DNA of 64,000 nt from Octopus vulgaris (lineage: Eukaryota), in the NCBI GenBank assembly GCA_951406725.2, contig OX597819.1, positions 34,100,001 to 34,164,000 on the forward strand, in the 5' to 3' direction. Positions 13,338-25,765 of the stretch are shown piece by piece (within the stretch, counting starts at the first letter, position 1; every line of letters starts with the position of its first letter). The notes under the pieces are model-generated. The model saw only the letters and a program-made list of their open reading frames with translations, was not told the origin of the DNA and did not search any database. A program made the translations under genes and the position numbers.

Positions 13338-13607
13338 ACCATAGCATGACACCTTGAGCAAGTATCTTCTACTATAGCCTCAAGCCAACCAAAGCTTTAT
13401 GAGTGGATTTGGTCGATAGAAACTGAAAGAAACCCATTGTGTGTGTGTGTATGAGAGAGACAGAAACCCATTGTGTGTGTGTGTGTGAGGGGGGATGTCT
13501 TTGTGTCTGTGTTTTCCCCCTCCCCCCATCATTGTTTGACAATTAGTGCATTTAGATCTCTGCAACTTAGCAATTCAGCAAAAGAAACTGATAGAATAAG
13601 TACTAGG

Positions 13608-13802
13608 TTTGGATGGTGCTTTTTATGTGCCACCAGCACGGAAGCCAGTCAAGGCGGTACTGGCATTGGTCATGTTTGGATGGTGCTTTTTACGTGCCAC
13701 CGGCATGGAAGCCAGTCAAGGCGGCACTGGCATTGGTCACATTCGGATGGTGCTTTTTACGTGCCACCGGCACAGAAGCCAGTCAGGGTGGCGCTGGCAT
13801 CA
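13608..13802 (-). repeat. 67-bp tandem unit x3, internal to SINE family D
   Basis: GGATGGTGCTTTTTA recurs at 13611, 13678 and 13745; the same units occur at ~31260-31420. Confidence 0.85.
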
Positions 13803-13827
13803 GCTACAGTCAGTTAGCACATATATA

Positions 13828-14054
13828 TTAACCCCTTAGCATTCACATTGTTCTGTTAAATAAAATGCTTATCTATTCTCATCATTTTGAATTAGTCATG
13901 CATTATTTTGTAGCTTTGAGATTTTGGATGAGGCAGCTGTTAATTTTTAGAATGATATTGTAGGGTTAGTGTGAGAGGTCAGATCAGGTCAGTTTTAACA
14001 AAACAGGTAGAATATTTTGGCAAGATATGGCCAATTTAAAGGCTAAAGGGTTAA
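13828..14054. mobile_element. piggyBac-type MITE, family 1
   Basis: TTAA-CCCCTTAGC...GCTAAAGGG-TTAA; related copies at ~5050-5210, 17815-18017, 47800-47995 and 62590-63293. Confidence 0.85.
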
Positions 14055-14312
14055 AAGAATGGTGAAGGTAGAGCTATAAGTGGTGGTGATGTTGATGATG
14101 ATGACAATGACAGTGATGAGGACGAGGAGGATGAGGATGGGGCAATACGAAAACATAATAAAGTCACAGACAAATATACATCACAAAACTAGGAAACTTA
14201 GATTAAGTCTCTAGCTACTCCTCTCTCAGCAATAATAAATACAACAGCCAAAGCTGATTAAACCAACTTTTGTCTTCTAAATGGGATTTACAACTAACAG
14301 CTTTCCTAATAT

Positions 14313-14470
14313 ACAAATTGACTTTCTCTGGTCTCAAATACTGGAAATAGGTAAAGATTTAATCAAATCTCCTTTATTAAAGAGTTCTACTGTCAAACCA
14401 CAACTACTGCCATTGCCGATTCTTTTTGGATGCTTTGTTTTCATTCTATATTTTCTTTTGATTCTTTTGA
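14313..14470 (-). repeat. Decayed coding-like repeat, second copy at 17029-17178
   Basis: MKTKHPKRIGNGSSCGLTVELFNKGDLIKSLPISSI* versus MKAKHPDRISNGSCCNLTVEVFKKGDLIKSLPISNVL. Confidence 0.7.
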
Positions 14471-14842
14471 AGGTTTTTTTTTCTATTTTGGTTCATTCAA
14501 AGGGGGTTTTTTTCTCCATTTTTTTTCATTTGAAAACTAGAAAACGTTTGTGACAGCTTAATTTTCTGTTGACCTCAGTTAATTCTGTATTCATTTATTT
14601 TATATTTTTCATTTATATTTCCATTACTCTGATGATTCTCAGTAGCAGAGGGAAAAATTGATTTAAAATAGTTCAAAGTAATTAACACAGAGAAAGCAAT
14701 CCAATAAAACTGGATATATTTGATTTAACTGAAATACTACTTCAATAATGTACACAAGAATATCATCTGTCTCTATTTCTGTGAAGCAATAAATGTTGCT
14801 ACTTTTCCTAGTGATAGAGAGGTACACATCTCTACTACTTTT

Positions 14843-15230
14843 TCTTTTTATCTTTTACTTGGCCAAGCTAGGGTGCCACCCTGAAGGGTTTTAATCAAAT
14901 TAATTGACCCCAGGACTTATGTGTCTTTTTTAAAAACAGTTTTGTAGTTGTTCTATTGGTCACTTTTACCAAATTGCTAAATTACAGCAATGTAAACAAA
15001 CTAATACTGGTTGTCAAGTGGTGATAGAGACAGACAGACACACACATATGCAAAATCACAGACAAAATCATACACACACACATATACGCATAAGACAAAA
15101 TTCATTCAGCTATAAGGCCTTGGTCAGCATGGAGTGTTTTGGCAGAAGACACTTGTCCAAGATGCCAAACAGCAGGACTTAACTTGAAACCATGTGATTG
15201 GGAAGCAAGCTTTTTACTACATGATTACAG
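14843..15230 (-). mobile_element. SINE family A (old)
   Basis: Family similarity. Confidence 0.75.
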
Positions 15231-15429
15231 ACATGACCAACGTAAACAGGCTGTACACACACACACACAATTAATTAGCTAAAGTACTTCTACAATAAAT
15301 ACTGAACTAAAACAATTATCAGTAAGCCTCTAGTCAATGAGTCCTGATTTGTTTTAAATACATACGTACTTACATGTGCATGCATGCACACACTAACACA
15401 CAATTTTATGGTGTTACATCAACAGTTAC

Positions 15430-16150
15430 CTAAGAAACAGTGGATCTGTCTGGTCATTCAGGTACATGGACAGATGGCACTTGCAATATCTGAGCAACCA
15501 TCAATCAAGGCACTGATACTGCTAAGGAAATCAAATACTGAATAAAATGTACCAATGTAACCCTTGGACATCTGAGAAGATGTGTATATGAAGGTCATGA
15601 TTTCAAACAAACAAGTAAACATATAGTGTATAAGGCAATTGTTGTACCTTCTCTCTTATATGGCTCTGGAATCTGGACAAGTTATAGACAACACCACTAT
15701 AAGCTTAAACTTATACCACCAGAGATATCTGTGGTAAACCATGCACATCCAGTGAGAGGATAGAACACTGGTGTGTTCAAGCAAGCCAATACCTCCTGAA
15801 TTGAAACCATGATTATATGCTATCAGCTTCAAAGGACTACTATTGTTATGTGAATAGCAGACTATCAGTTTCTTAAGGATGTTTGTAAAAGAGACATAAA
15901 GGCCTGCAACATCAATATTAGCAACTGGGAAGCAGTTGCCAGCAACCGTGGAGATTTGTGATGTACTGTAAAAGAGGGAACACAAAGGAGTGACAGAGAG
16001 AGAGAGAGGAGAAATGGAAAGACAAGAAAAGACACCAACAAAAAACTATGACATTACAACCAGCCAGGCAAAGTCTTCACTACATTTGCGGCACCTGCTA
16101 GAGGGAGTGTTTGTCCAGGATAGGACTACACAGCCACAGCAGGAGATGTA
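15430..16150 (+). mobile_element. RTE/BovB-like LINE C-terminal fragment
   Basis: IVYKAIVVPSLLYGSGIWTSYRQH...KDVCKRDIKACNINISNWEAVASNR...ICGTC*RECLSRIGLHSHSRRC. Confidence 0.88.
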
Positions 16151-16399
16151 TTAGGACATGAAATGTAAAAGCCGGACTAGATTATTTTATGCACAACTCC
16201 ATTGTCTCCCGAGACAAAAAGGATGCCAATGGTGGCACAAAAAAAGCACCCACTACACTCACGGAAGGGCATCCAGCTGTAGAAACACTGCCAGATCAGA
16301 CTGGGCCTGGTGCAGCCTCCTGGCTTCCCAGACTCCAGTTGAACCGTCCAACCCATGCTAGCATGGAAAGCGGACGTTAAACGATGATGATGATGATGA

Positions 16400-16434
<35 letters not shown>

Positions 16435-16515
16435 AATATAAAGCAGTGCTCCAGCATGGCCATAGCCAAATGACTGAAACATGTAAAAGAATATATATAT
16501 ATGTGTATATATATG

Positions 16516-16558
<43 letters not shown>

Positions 16559-17250
16559 ATAATTTAAACATCAAGATGTAGGATATCAAGCTTTAACAGT
16601 AGAATACAACATTTGTTTCTGCACTGCACACTGGTTAAGTTGCTGAGATTATATTAAAATACCATTATAGAAAAACTTTCTTTATAATTATTATACAGTT
16701 GGATACAGTTCAATAACAGCCATGTAGGGTTCTTCATTAGATGGAATACAATTAATTCCAGCTGGGAACAAATGTTGTGATCTTCTATTAAAGCCTGTTA
16801 TCCTCCATCCTCAAGGTATATTATTCTTGTGTTACTCTTAGGTAAAGAGGAGTTCCACATGTATATCCTGCTCTAGAGTATACCCCACTGTAGGATATCA
16901 TGTGGTGGCCAAATAATGGGATAAGAACTCTTAAAGGCACATTATGATGTTTTCACCTAGATTATAAAGTGTGTGTGTGTGTGTGTGTCGTGGGGTGAGT
17001 GTGTGTGTAACAGCTTTTCTAAGACATGTAAATTGAATTTCTCTGGTCTAAAACATTGGAAATAGGTAAAGATTTAATCAAATCTCCTTTCTTAAAGACT
17101 TCTACTGTCAAGTTACAACAACTGCCATTGCTGATTCTGTCTGGATGTTTTGCTTTCATTTTGATTTCTTTTGTTCTTGCCGAAGAAAATCGACTTCTAT
17201 AAGCTCTGTCTGACCCATACAAACATGGGAAAGTGGATGATAAGATAAAG

Positions 17251-17321
<71 letters not shown>

Positions 17322-17434
17322 ATATTTATTTATCATCTTCCTTCAATATTGCCAGATGTTATGACTCAGCTGTTCTGAGAAAACAAAAGACAATAAACAA
17401 TAAGTATCCTTCCTCTTGCTTTTTTTTTTGTATT

Positions 17435-17467
17435 ATTGTAGATTGTATTATTATCATTATTATTATT

Positions 17468-17520
<53 letters not shown>

Positions 17521-17615
17521 ATTATTATTATTATCATTATTATTATTATTGTATTATTATTATTATTATTGTATTATTATTATTATTATTATTGTATTAT
17601 TATTATTATTATTGT
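17435..17615. repeat. (ATT)n microsatellite
   Basis: Direct reading. Confidence 0.95.
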
Positions 17616-18317
17616 AGATTGCAAGGATCCCTTGACTAAATCTATATACAAACACATACACAAATACACATCTATGAATAATGTCAGGGTGTTTTGATTG
17701 TATGTAGTTTTCCATATGCATAATCAGTGAAAATAAAATATCATAGACAAACTGAGACTCTGTAAGAAAGAATGAAAGACTCAAACTCACATCTATCACA
17801 TTGAAACAGTGTAAGTCTCAGACATAATGCTTATTTATTCATATTTCTTTGAATTAATAATGCATTATCTCACAGCTTCAAGATTTCTATGATGTGATTG
17901 TTTATTTTTTTAGACTGACATTGTATGGGAGGTGTACGACACCAGATCTGGCTGGCTTAGATATAAAACAGAAAGAATAATTTGGTCGGATATGGCCAGT
18001 TTAAACGCTAATGAGTTAGAGCAATTCTTGGAGTACATTTCTTGATAAAATACACATTTACATGTAGATACATGAACACACACACGCACACACACACACA
18101 CACACACGTGTATGGGTCAACATACACAATAATACCCATTTACATACATACACACTTTCTCACATTCTTATACACAAAATCTCAAATACCAAGAATTGTA
18201 GAAAAATATATATCTTTTATCTTTTACTTGTTTCAATCATTAGAATACGGCCATGCTGGGGCACCTCCTTGAAGAATTTTTAGCCAAAAGAATTGACACC
18301 CAGTACTTTTTTCTTTT

Positions 18318-18547
18318 TTAACCCTTTTGATACCAACCTACCAGAAACCACTTCTGGCTCTGTAGTACAAATGTCGTGTTTTCAAAAGTTCTGAATTAAA
18401 ATCTTCCACTAAATCTTAGTCACAATTTATTTTCCTAACATTAGCTTAATGATAACTAAGTTATTTTACTGAATTCTTTGTTATATGTAAAATTAATTGA
18501 AAGAAACACTGACCATCTCAACAGAAATGTGGTAATGAAAGAGTTAA
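18318..18547. mobile_element. piggyBac-type MITE, family 2, inserted in SINE A (18213-18725, minus)
   Basis: TTAA flanks with CCCTTTTGATACC...GGTAATGAAAGAG termini; second copy at 48073-48300. Confidence 0.8.
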
Positions 18548-19384
18548 GCTCGATACTTATTCTGTCAGTCTCTTTGCTAAACTGCTAATTACAGGTGCAT
18601 AAACGAGCCAACACTGGTTATCAAGCAGCAGTGGGGGACAAACACACACACACACACACATACACATAACAGGCTTATTTCAGTTTCCGTCAGTCAGATC
18701 CACTTAAAAGGCTTTGGTCAATCTGAGTCCAGAGCCCAAAGTGACAAAATAAATTTGTCCTTTCATTGCTTACTAGTCTTTATTTTATTGCAAAAGAGAG
18801 AGAGAAACCCACTATGTGTGTCTGTGTGTGTGTAGTAATTTCTGATAACTTTTTGTCCTTACCCGAAATAACAAAACCAGGGGTAAGATATACTTTTGGA
18901 ATCAAACAACATAAACGTCCATTGAAGTATTTTCCGTTGACTAAAACATTGTGAGTGAAATATCATTGGAAAATGTACAAGTCAATGAGTAAAATAGTAA
19001 GTCAGTATTTTCAAACAAAACACCCTTGCGGTACTGATTCTGCCACAGTTTCACTGACACTCCCTATCTACTACCATCAAATGAAAGGTAGTGAACCAAT
19101 GATTGGTCTATTGGAAAGCTGTATGAAAGATGTATGACATCTAAATATGATTTCAGTTCTTTGGCTCACATCAGATGTTTGGTCATACACAGAAATTAAA
19201 TGTAAAAAAAAAATTTTGCATAAACATTTCTAGACTATAAGTTTTATGTAAATAATTGCCTGGAATTCATAAAAAATATATATAATACATCTCAAACAAA
19301 TAGATTTATAAGAGACTTAGAAAATAGATATACTATAATACAAATAATATAAAAATAATATGCTAAAAAGAAAGTTTTCCTTAC

Positions 19385-19407
19385 CAGCAAAAATGTTCAC
19401 AACTTAC
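19385..19407 (-). other. Candidate 23-nt microexon / recursive splice site (RS-exon)
   Basis: Minus strand reads ctcaat..ttgtttttcttttgttttttcag|GTAAGTTGTGAACATTTTTGCTG|gtaagg, in non-repetitive sequence. Confidence 0.6.
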
Positions 19408-19809
19408 CTGAAAAAACAAAAGAAAAACAATTTATTGAGTGAGAAAGTGAAAAAGAAGTTCTTAATATAAGAAAAAAGTATATTTACTTATAGATATTAA
19501 AAAAAAAATAACATTTTGAAACTTACTTAAAATTTTGCTTTCAAAATCATTTTTAGAAAGTTTGAAATAAAGAAGAAAAACAAATGAAATTAGAATAAAT
19601 ATATGTCCACTTTGATATGATAAGTAAATACACATGAATATGAACCATAGGGTAAATCAAAAATAGTAGTTCAAATCTTGTTGAGTTTAACTTTGGCTTT
19701 CATCCCTCCAGATTTGACAAAATATAATACCAATAAAGTATTGCGATTAGTAGTACTGACTAAATGCGTCTTCTCAATATTGATGACCTTGTTAGAAACA
19801 GTCGTTAAG

Positions 19810-19985
19810 GCAGTGAGCTGACAGAATTGCTTGAAGTCAGAAAAAGTGCCTAGTGTTATTTGTACCTGCTCTTTGCATTCTGAGTTCAAATCCTACCATT
19901 TCTACCTGTGCCTTTCATATTTCTGGGGGTTGATGTAACTGACTAACCATCCCCTCAAATTATAGGCCTTGTGCCAATGAGAGAA

Positions 19986-20030
<45 letters not shown>

Positions 20031-20735
20031 GAGTGAGAGAGCAGTGCATGCCATCAAAGTTACACTGGGGTACGAAGCCCAATATATTCATCATGACTAC
20101 CTGTCTGATAAGGATACACGAAGTGTATGCATTACAATAATATGTGCATGACATAGAGAGCTTATATCAATATAAACAGTGCATGACCTTGCAGGTGGGG
20201 TCCAATTAGAATTTTCTTCAGGTTGAGTAGCCCATCCTACTCAAAGGGTCCCTGAATGAGGGACATGTACAACTGGTTAAGGTCAAACAACTGACAAGCA
20301 AATCTGTGGTATTGAGCATAATATTTACTGTAGCCCATCTTTTATAACAAGATTATTATTATTATTCTGCCACGGTCAACTTCGCCTCTCATCCATTCAG
20401 GGTCGATAAAAATAAGTATCAGATGTGTACTAGGGTCAATGTAATAGATTGTCCCCTCCACTAAATTTTAGGCCTGTAGAAAGGATTATTATTATCGTCA
20501 TTATCCTTATTACTATTATCATCATTATCATTAGTATTATTATCATCATTATAAGGTGATAAGCTGGCAGAATTATTAGTATGCCAGACAAAATGCTTTG
20601 CAACATTTCAGCCATCTTTATGTTCTGAGTTCAAATTCCACCAAGGTTGACTTTGCCTTTCATCTTTTCAGGTCAATAAAATAAGTACCAGTTGAGTACT
20701 GGGGTTCATGTAATCAACAAGCCTCTCTCCCTAGA
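19810..20735 (+). mobile_element. Three SINE family B copies separated by (ATT)n
   Basis: CTGAGTTCAAATTCC / GACTTTGCCTTTCATCC / GATAAAATAAGTACCAG motifs, partly truncated, at ~19810, 20365 and 20555. Confidence 0.75.
20031..20351 (+). mobile_element. (ATT)n-embedded element X, internally deleted copy
   Basis: Similar to 20785-21897; (ATT)n on both sides. Confidence 0.75.
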
Positions 20736-20743
20736 AAGAATTA

Positions 20744-20784
<41 letters not shown>

Positions 20785-21894
20785 GAATGAGACAGTAGTG
20801 CATGCCATCAAAGTGACACTGGGGTAAAATATACGAAGCCCAGTATACCCATCATGACTACCCGTCTGATAAGGGTACACCAGGCACATGCATCACGACC
20901 ATATGTGTATGACATGGCAATCTCATTTCAAGATAAACATCGCATAACCTTACAGGTGGGGCTCAGTTAGAATTTTCTTCTGGTCGAGTAACCCATCCCG
21001 CTCAAAGGGTCCCTGAATAAGGTTTGTTTAAGGCTGATGAACAAAGCACTCATGTTTGTAATGACATGCATAAGATCTGGTCATCAAATCTAAGTAGAGA
21101 CTTCAAACTTGAAATATTCAAAGCCACAGTCGAACCAATTCTACTATATGGCTCAGAAACCTGAACGTTATCAAAGAAGCTTGAGAGGCGGTTCGATGGA
21201 ACCTACACTCGCCTCCTTATGAGAGCTCTAAATCTCTCGTGGAAGCGCCATCCAACCAAATGCAAATATATGGGAAACTACCACTTGTGTCATCTCTTGT
21301 GAAAGGTAGGAGAGTCCAGTTTGCTGGACATTGTTGTAGAGCTGAAACAGAAGTAATTTCTACTCTTCTCCTCTGGAAGCCATCTACTCGCAATACCAGA
21401 GGGCGCCCACTCTCCTACCCTGATGTAATTTCTAGGGATACAGGCATCCAGCAACAGGACCTCCGTAATGCCATGATGGACCGTGAAGTCTGGCGTAATC
21501 TCCAGGGATACAGGCATCCAGCAACAGGACCTCCGTAATGCCATGATGGACTGTGAAGTCTGGCGTAGCATGGTAAATTCCATTGTCTCGACCACGGTCG
21601 AACAATGATGATGATGAAGGGTGAATTTTCCAAACCCCAAAGAATTCCTTTCAACACATGGCTATGATGCTCCCCCACTACTTCTGCTCATGATCAGAGA
21701 TGCACATATCATCAGCCACCAAGAGACATGATCAACTGGTTAAGGTCAAACAATTGACAAGCAAATCTGTGGTACTGAGCAGAATATTTGCTGTAGCCCA
21801 TCTTTTATACCAGACAAAACAATGTACATGATGACACTTCCAATCTGTTAACATCAGAAGCCATGAGAGCCACTGCCTGGTACTGCATCAGGGC

Positions 21895-21897
<3 letters not shown>
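20785..21897 (+). mobile_element. (ATT)n-embedded element X, interrupted by an RTE fragment
   Basis: Halves at 20785-21057 and 21619-21897; (ATT)n at both ends; strand inferred. Confidence 0.75.
21058..21618 (+). mobile_element. RTE-type LINE, 5'-truncated, with (GAT)n tail
   Basis: KLEIFKATVEPILLYGSET*TLSKKLERRFDGTYTRLLMRALNLSWK...RRVQFAGHC...RGRP...MMDREVWR; one stop, one frameshift and a 70-bp internal duplication. Confidence 0.92.
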
Positions 21898-21963
<66 letters not shown>

Positions 21964-21985
21964 CATGATCATTATTATTAATATT

Positions 21986-22040
<55 letters not shown>

Positions 22041-22108
22041 CAATTGTTGTCATCATCATCATCATCATCATTATTATTATTAGCCCTTGTAACCAATAAA
22101 AAGAATAA

Positions 22109-22150
<42 letters not shown>

Positions 22151-22726
22151 ATTTTATTATCATTATTTCCACTTTTGGTTTGAACTGAAATTTCCCAGTC
22201 ATCCCCATCCCATTTCATATGCAGCATCCAACAGATTATGACTTCATCATTTCTGCCTTTCTTGACGTGCCTTGTTATACAAGAAGGAGCCTTCTACTGT
22301 CAATGCACAGACAGGACTGTTTCGACTCAGCAGAGATTCCACTGTTTACATCATAGATTCATACCAGTGTAGCAGCCTATCCTCCCGATAGTCTTAATAC
22401 ATCACAGCTTTTCTCAGTTTACTTGCACTCAACAGTTGATGCAATTTACCACTGCAATAGTTACAGATAGATCATAAGAATAGATTATGCAAGTCAGATG
22501 AAGAAGCATGCTGACTTAATGGTCGGGAAAGGTGAACTAAAGAGAACTTAGGATGAGATTATAAATATTGATTAACAAGATTAATCTAAATCGCTTCTAT
22601 TTTTCTTCACACTACATTTTAACCATTTCTAGAATCTCCCAATAATATTTAACTAACATGTACGAATTCTGAAATGAATTAGATGCAATGCAAATTGAGG
22701 TGTGCGTATGTATGTGTATATGTATG

Positions 22727-22769
<43 letters not shown>

Positions 22770-22996
22770 ACGTGTGTGCGTGTGTGTGTGCGTGTGTAAA
22801 ACAATTAAGTAAATATTTATTTCTAAAACTCATAGAAATTTTAAAATAAAATACAGTGAAAATTAAAATGACATAAAAATATTATCAATCTTTAATTTCC
22901 TAACAATAATTCATGAGAAATTAAACTCGTATACAAATATGAGTGTAATTTTGTATTGTTTGTGAATGACATCACAGAAATACATCCATAAAATCA

Positions 22997-23032
<36 letters not shown>

Positions 23033-23119
23033 AGTGAGTTGATAATGGAAGTGACAACTGAAGAGAAAATAAAACAGTTTTCAATCTAGCAATAAAACAT
23101 CTATATAAAGAAACATAAA

Positions 23120-23819
<700 letters not shown>

Positions 23820-24864
23820 CTGAATGAGTGAATGAAATTCAGTTAAAAACAATTAACAAATTTTGACTTCTGTGAATAGATATGTAAATATTTTGTATGC
23901 TAATGTATATACAGCTACGCATGAACATATGTAAGTGTGTGGGCATGTAAGAACAAAACAAGATTGATAAAGACAGATGTGTAAAGAGACTGCGTTTGTA
24001 TTCTTAGATGGAAGCTTGTATGGGTTGTCTGTGTGTGTCCAAGAATTCCTGTACAAAATTCTAGACATCTCTTTTTTAGATGACAAATAAATATATTCTG
24101 TATTTTTGATTCTTTATATATTCTTTATATATGTGTGTCTATTCACACACATACACACACACACACACACACATATCGACACATACATTTATATGGATAC
24201 AAATTCATACATGCAAATATGTGGTTGAACACTCGTGTGTGTGTGTATGTGTGTGTGTGTGTGTGTGAGTGTGTGCGTGTGTGAGAGTGTGTGTGAGTGT
24301 GTGAGTGTGTGTGTGTGAGAGTGAGTGTGTGTGTGAGTGTGTGTGTGTGTGTGAGTGTGTGTGTGTGTATGTGTGTGTGTGTGCGTGCGTGCGTGTGTGT
24401 GTGACTGTATAGAGAGATAGAGAGAGACAGAGAGAAGGAGGAGACAAATATGTATATACATATATGTATAGAGAGAGATGAGACATATATATATATATAT
24501 ATGTACACATGTGAGAGAGAGAGAAGACAGATACATATGTGTGTATATATATATATACTCACACACATGTGTATGTGTGTATATATGTCTGTAAATATGA
24601 ATGTATATGTATGTACAGGTATGTGGATATATATTAGCTTCAGCATATGTACATGCAAGCGTGTGTGTGCGTGTGTGTGTATGTGTGTGTGTGTGCGTGT
24701 GTGTGTGTGTATGCGTGTGTGTGTGTGTATGCGTATGTGTGCATGTGCTCTTCGTCCTATTCATAGATGTCAGTATATGGGAATGTTTCATGAGAAAAGT
24801 TTATGAGACTACCAGAATAAAAAAAAAAGAAGGAAAAAAGAAAAATAACACTAAAAACAATTCT

Positions 24865-24878
24865 GTTTCCATAGCAAC
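24865..24878 (+). promoter_or_regulatory. RFX X-box-like motif
   Basis: GTTTCCATAGCAAC matches GTTNCCATRGNAAC, in unique sequence. Confidence 0.35.
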
Positions 24879-25295
24879 ACTGACAACTTTAGCAGCAAAA
24901 TATTGCCAAGATTACAGAAAGTTTGGGGTTGGTAACAGAAGATTGGTACATGTAAGCTGGTTGATCAATGAGGTAGAAAGAACTGGCAGAAAAAAGAAGG
25001 AACCTTATATCTTAGAAAATGAACACCAACAAGGGAAAAACATATGTATTGCATTTTATACACCCCTTGCCCCAGCTAACACATATACCTTTACATACAC
25101 ATACATACGCATACATACACTGAGGCAAAGGGCTTAAAATATGATTGGTATATACATGGTTCTGTTACTCGTGTATACACATACACATCCACATGAAATT
25201 TATAGGCTGTACAGAATGATCTGAACATATTTTCCTGGTGGATGTACAAATCCCACATATTTATGTATACATGTTTATGTAGAGGAAAAAAATAA

Positions 25296-25351
<56 letters not shown>

Positions 25352-25569
25352 ATGTATGTGTGTGTTTGGTATGTGTATGTGTGTATGAGAAAGAGGGGGA
25401 GAAACAGTGAGCATGTTTGAGAGAGTGAGTGAGTCTCTGCAAATGCATGTACATGTGTTTCTGTATCCACCCCCAATACACTCACACACATGGATGCATG
25501 CACACACACACACAAACACCACATGTATTTGGTGCATCATAAAAAATCAAAAAAATGTATCTAAATATA

Positions 25570-25765
25570 CTCCTTTCTACTAAAGGCACAGGACCTGAAA
25601 TTTGGTGGGACAGGATTAGTCGGTTACAACGACCCCAGTGTATCACTGGTACATAGTTTATCGACCCCGATAGGATGAAAGGCAAAGTCGACCTCGGCAG
25701 AATTTGAAATCAGAACATAAAAACAGAAGAAATTCTGCTAAGCCTTTTGCCTGGCATGCTAATGA
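25570..25765 (-). mobile_element. SINE family B
   Basis: Family similarity. Confidence 0.8.

Noticed and set aside
13608-13802. CRISPR-like regular repeats
   Set aside because: Whole 67-bp units are repeated with no unique spacers; internal to a SINE in eukaryotic DNA
18900-19140. Mariner transposase remnant (HPCGTDSA resembling HPPYSPDLA)
   Set aside because: Similarity too weak to call
21239-21538. 99-aa ORF as a host gene
   Set aside because: Part of a truncated RTE LINE with a stop and a frameshift
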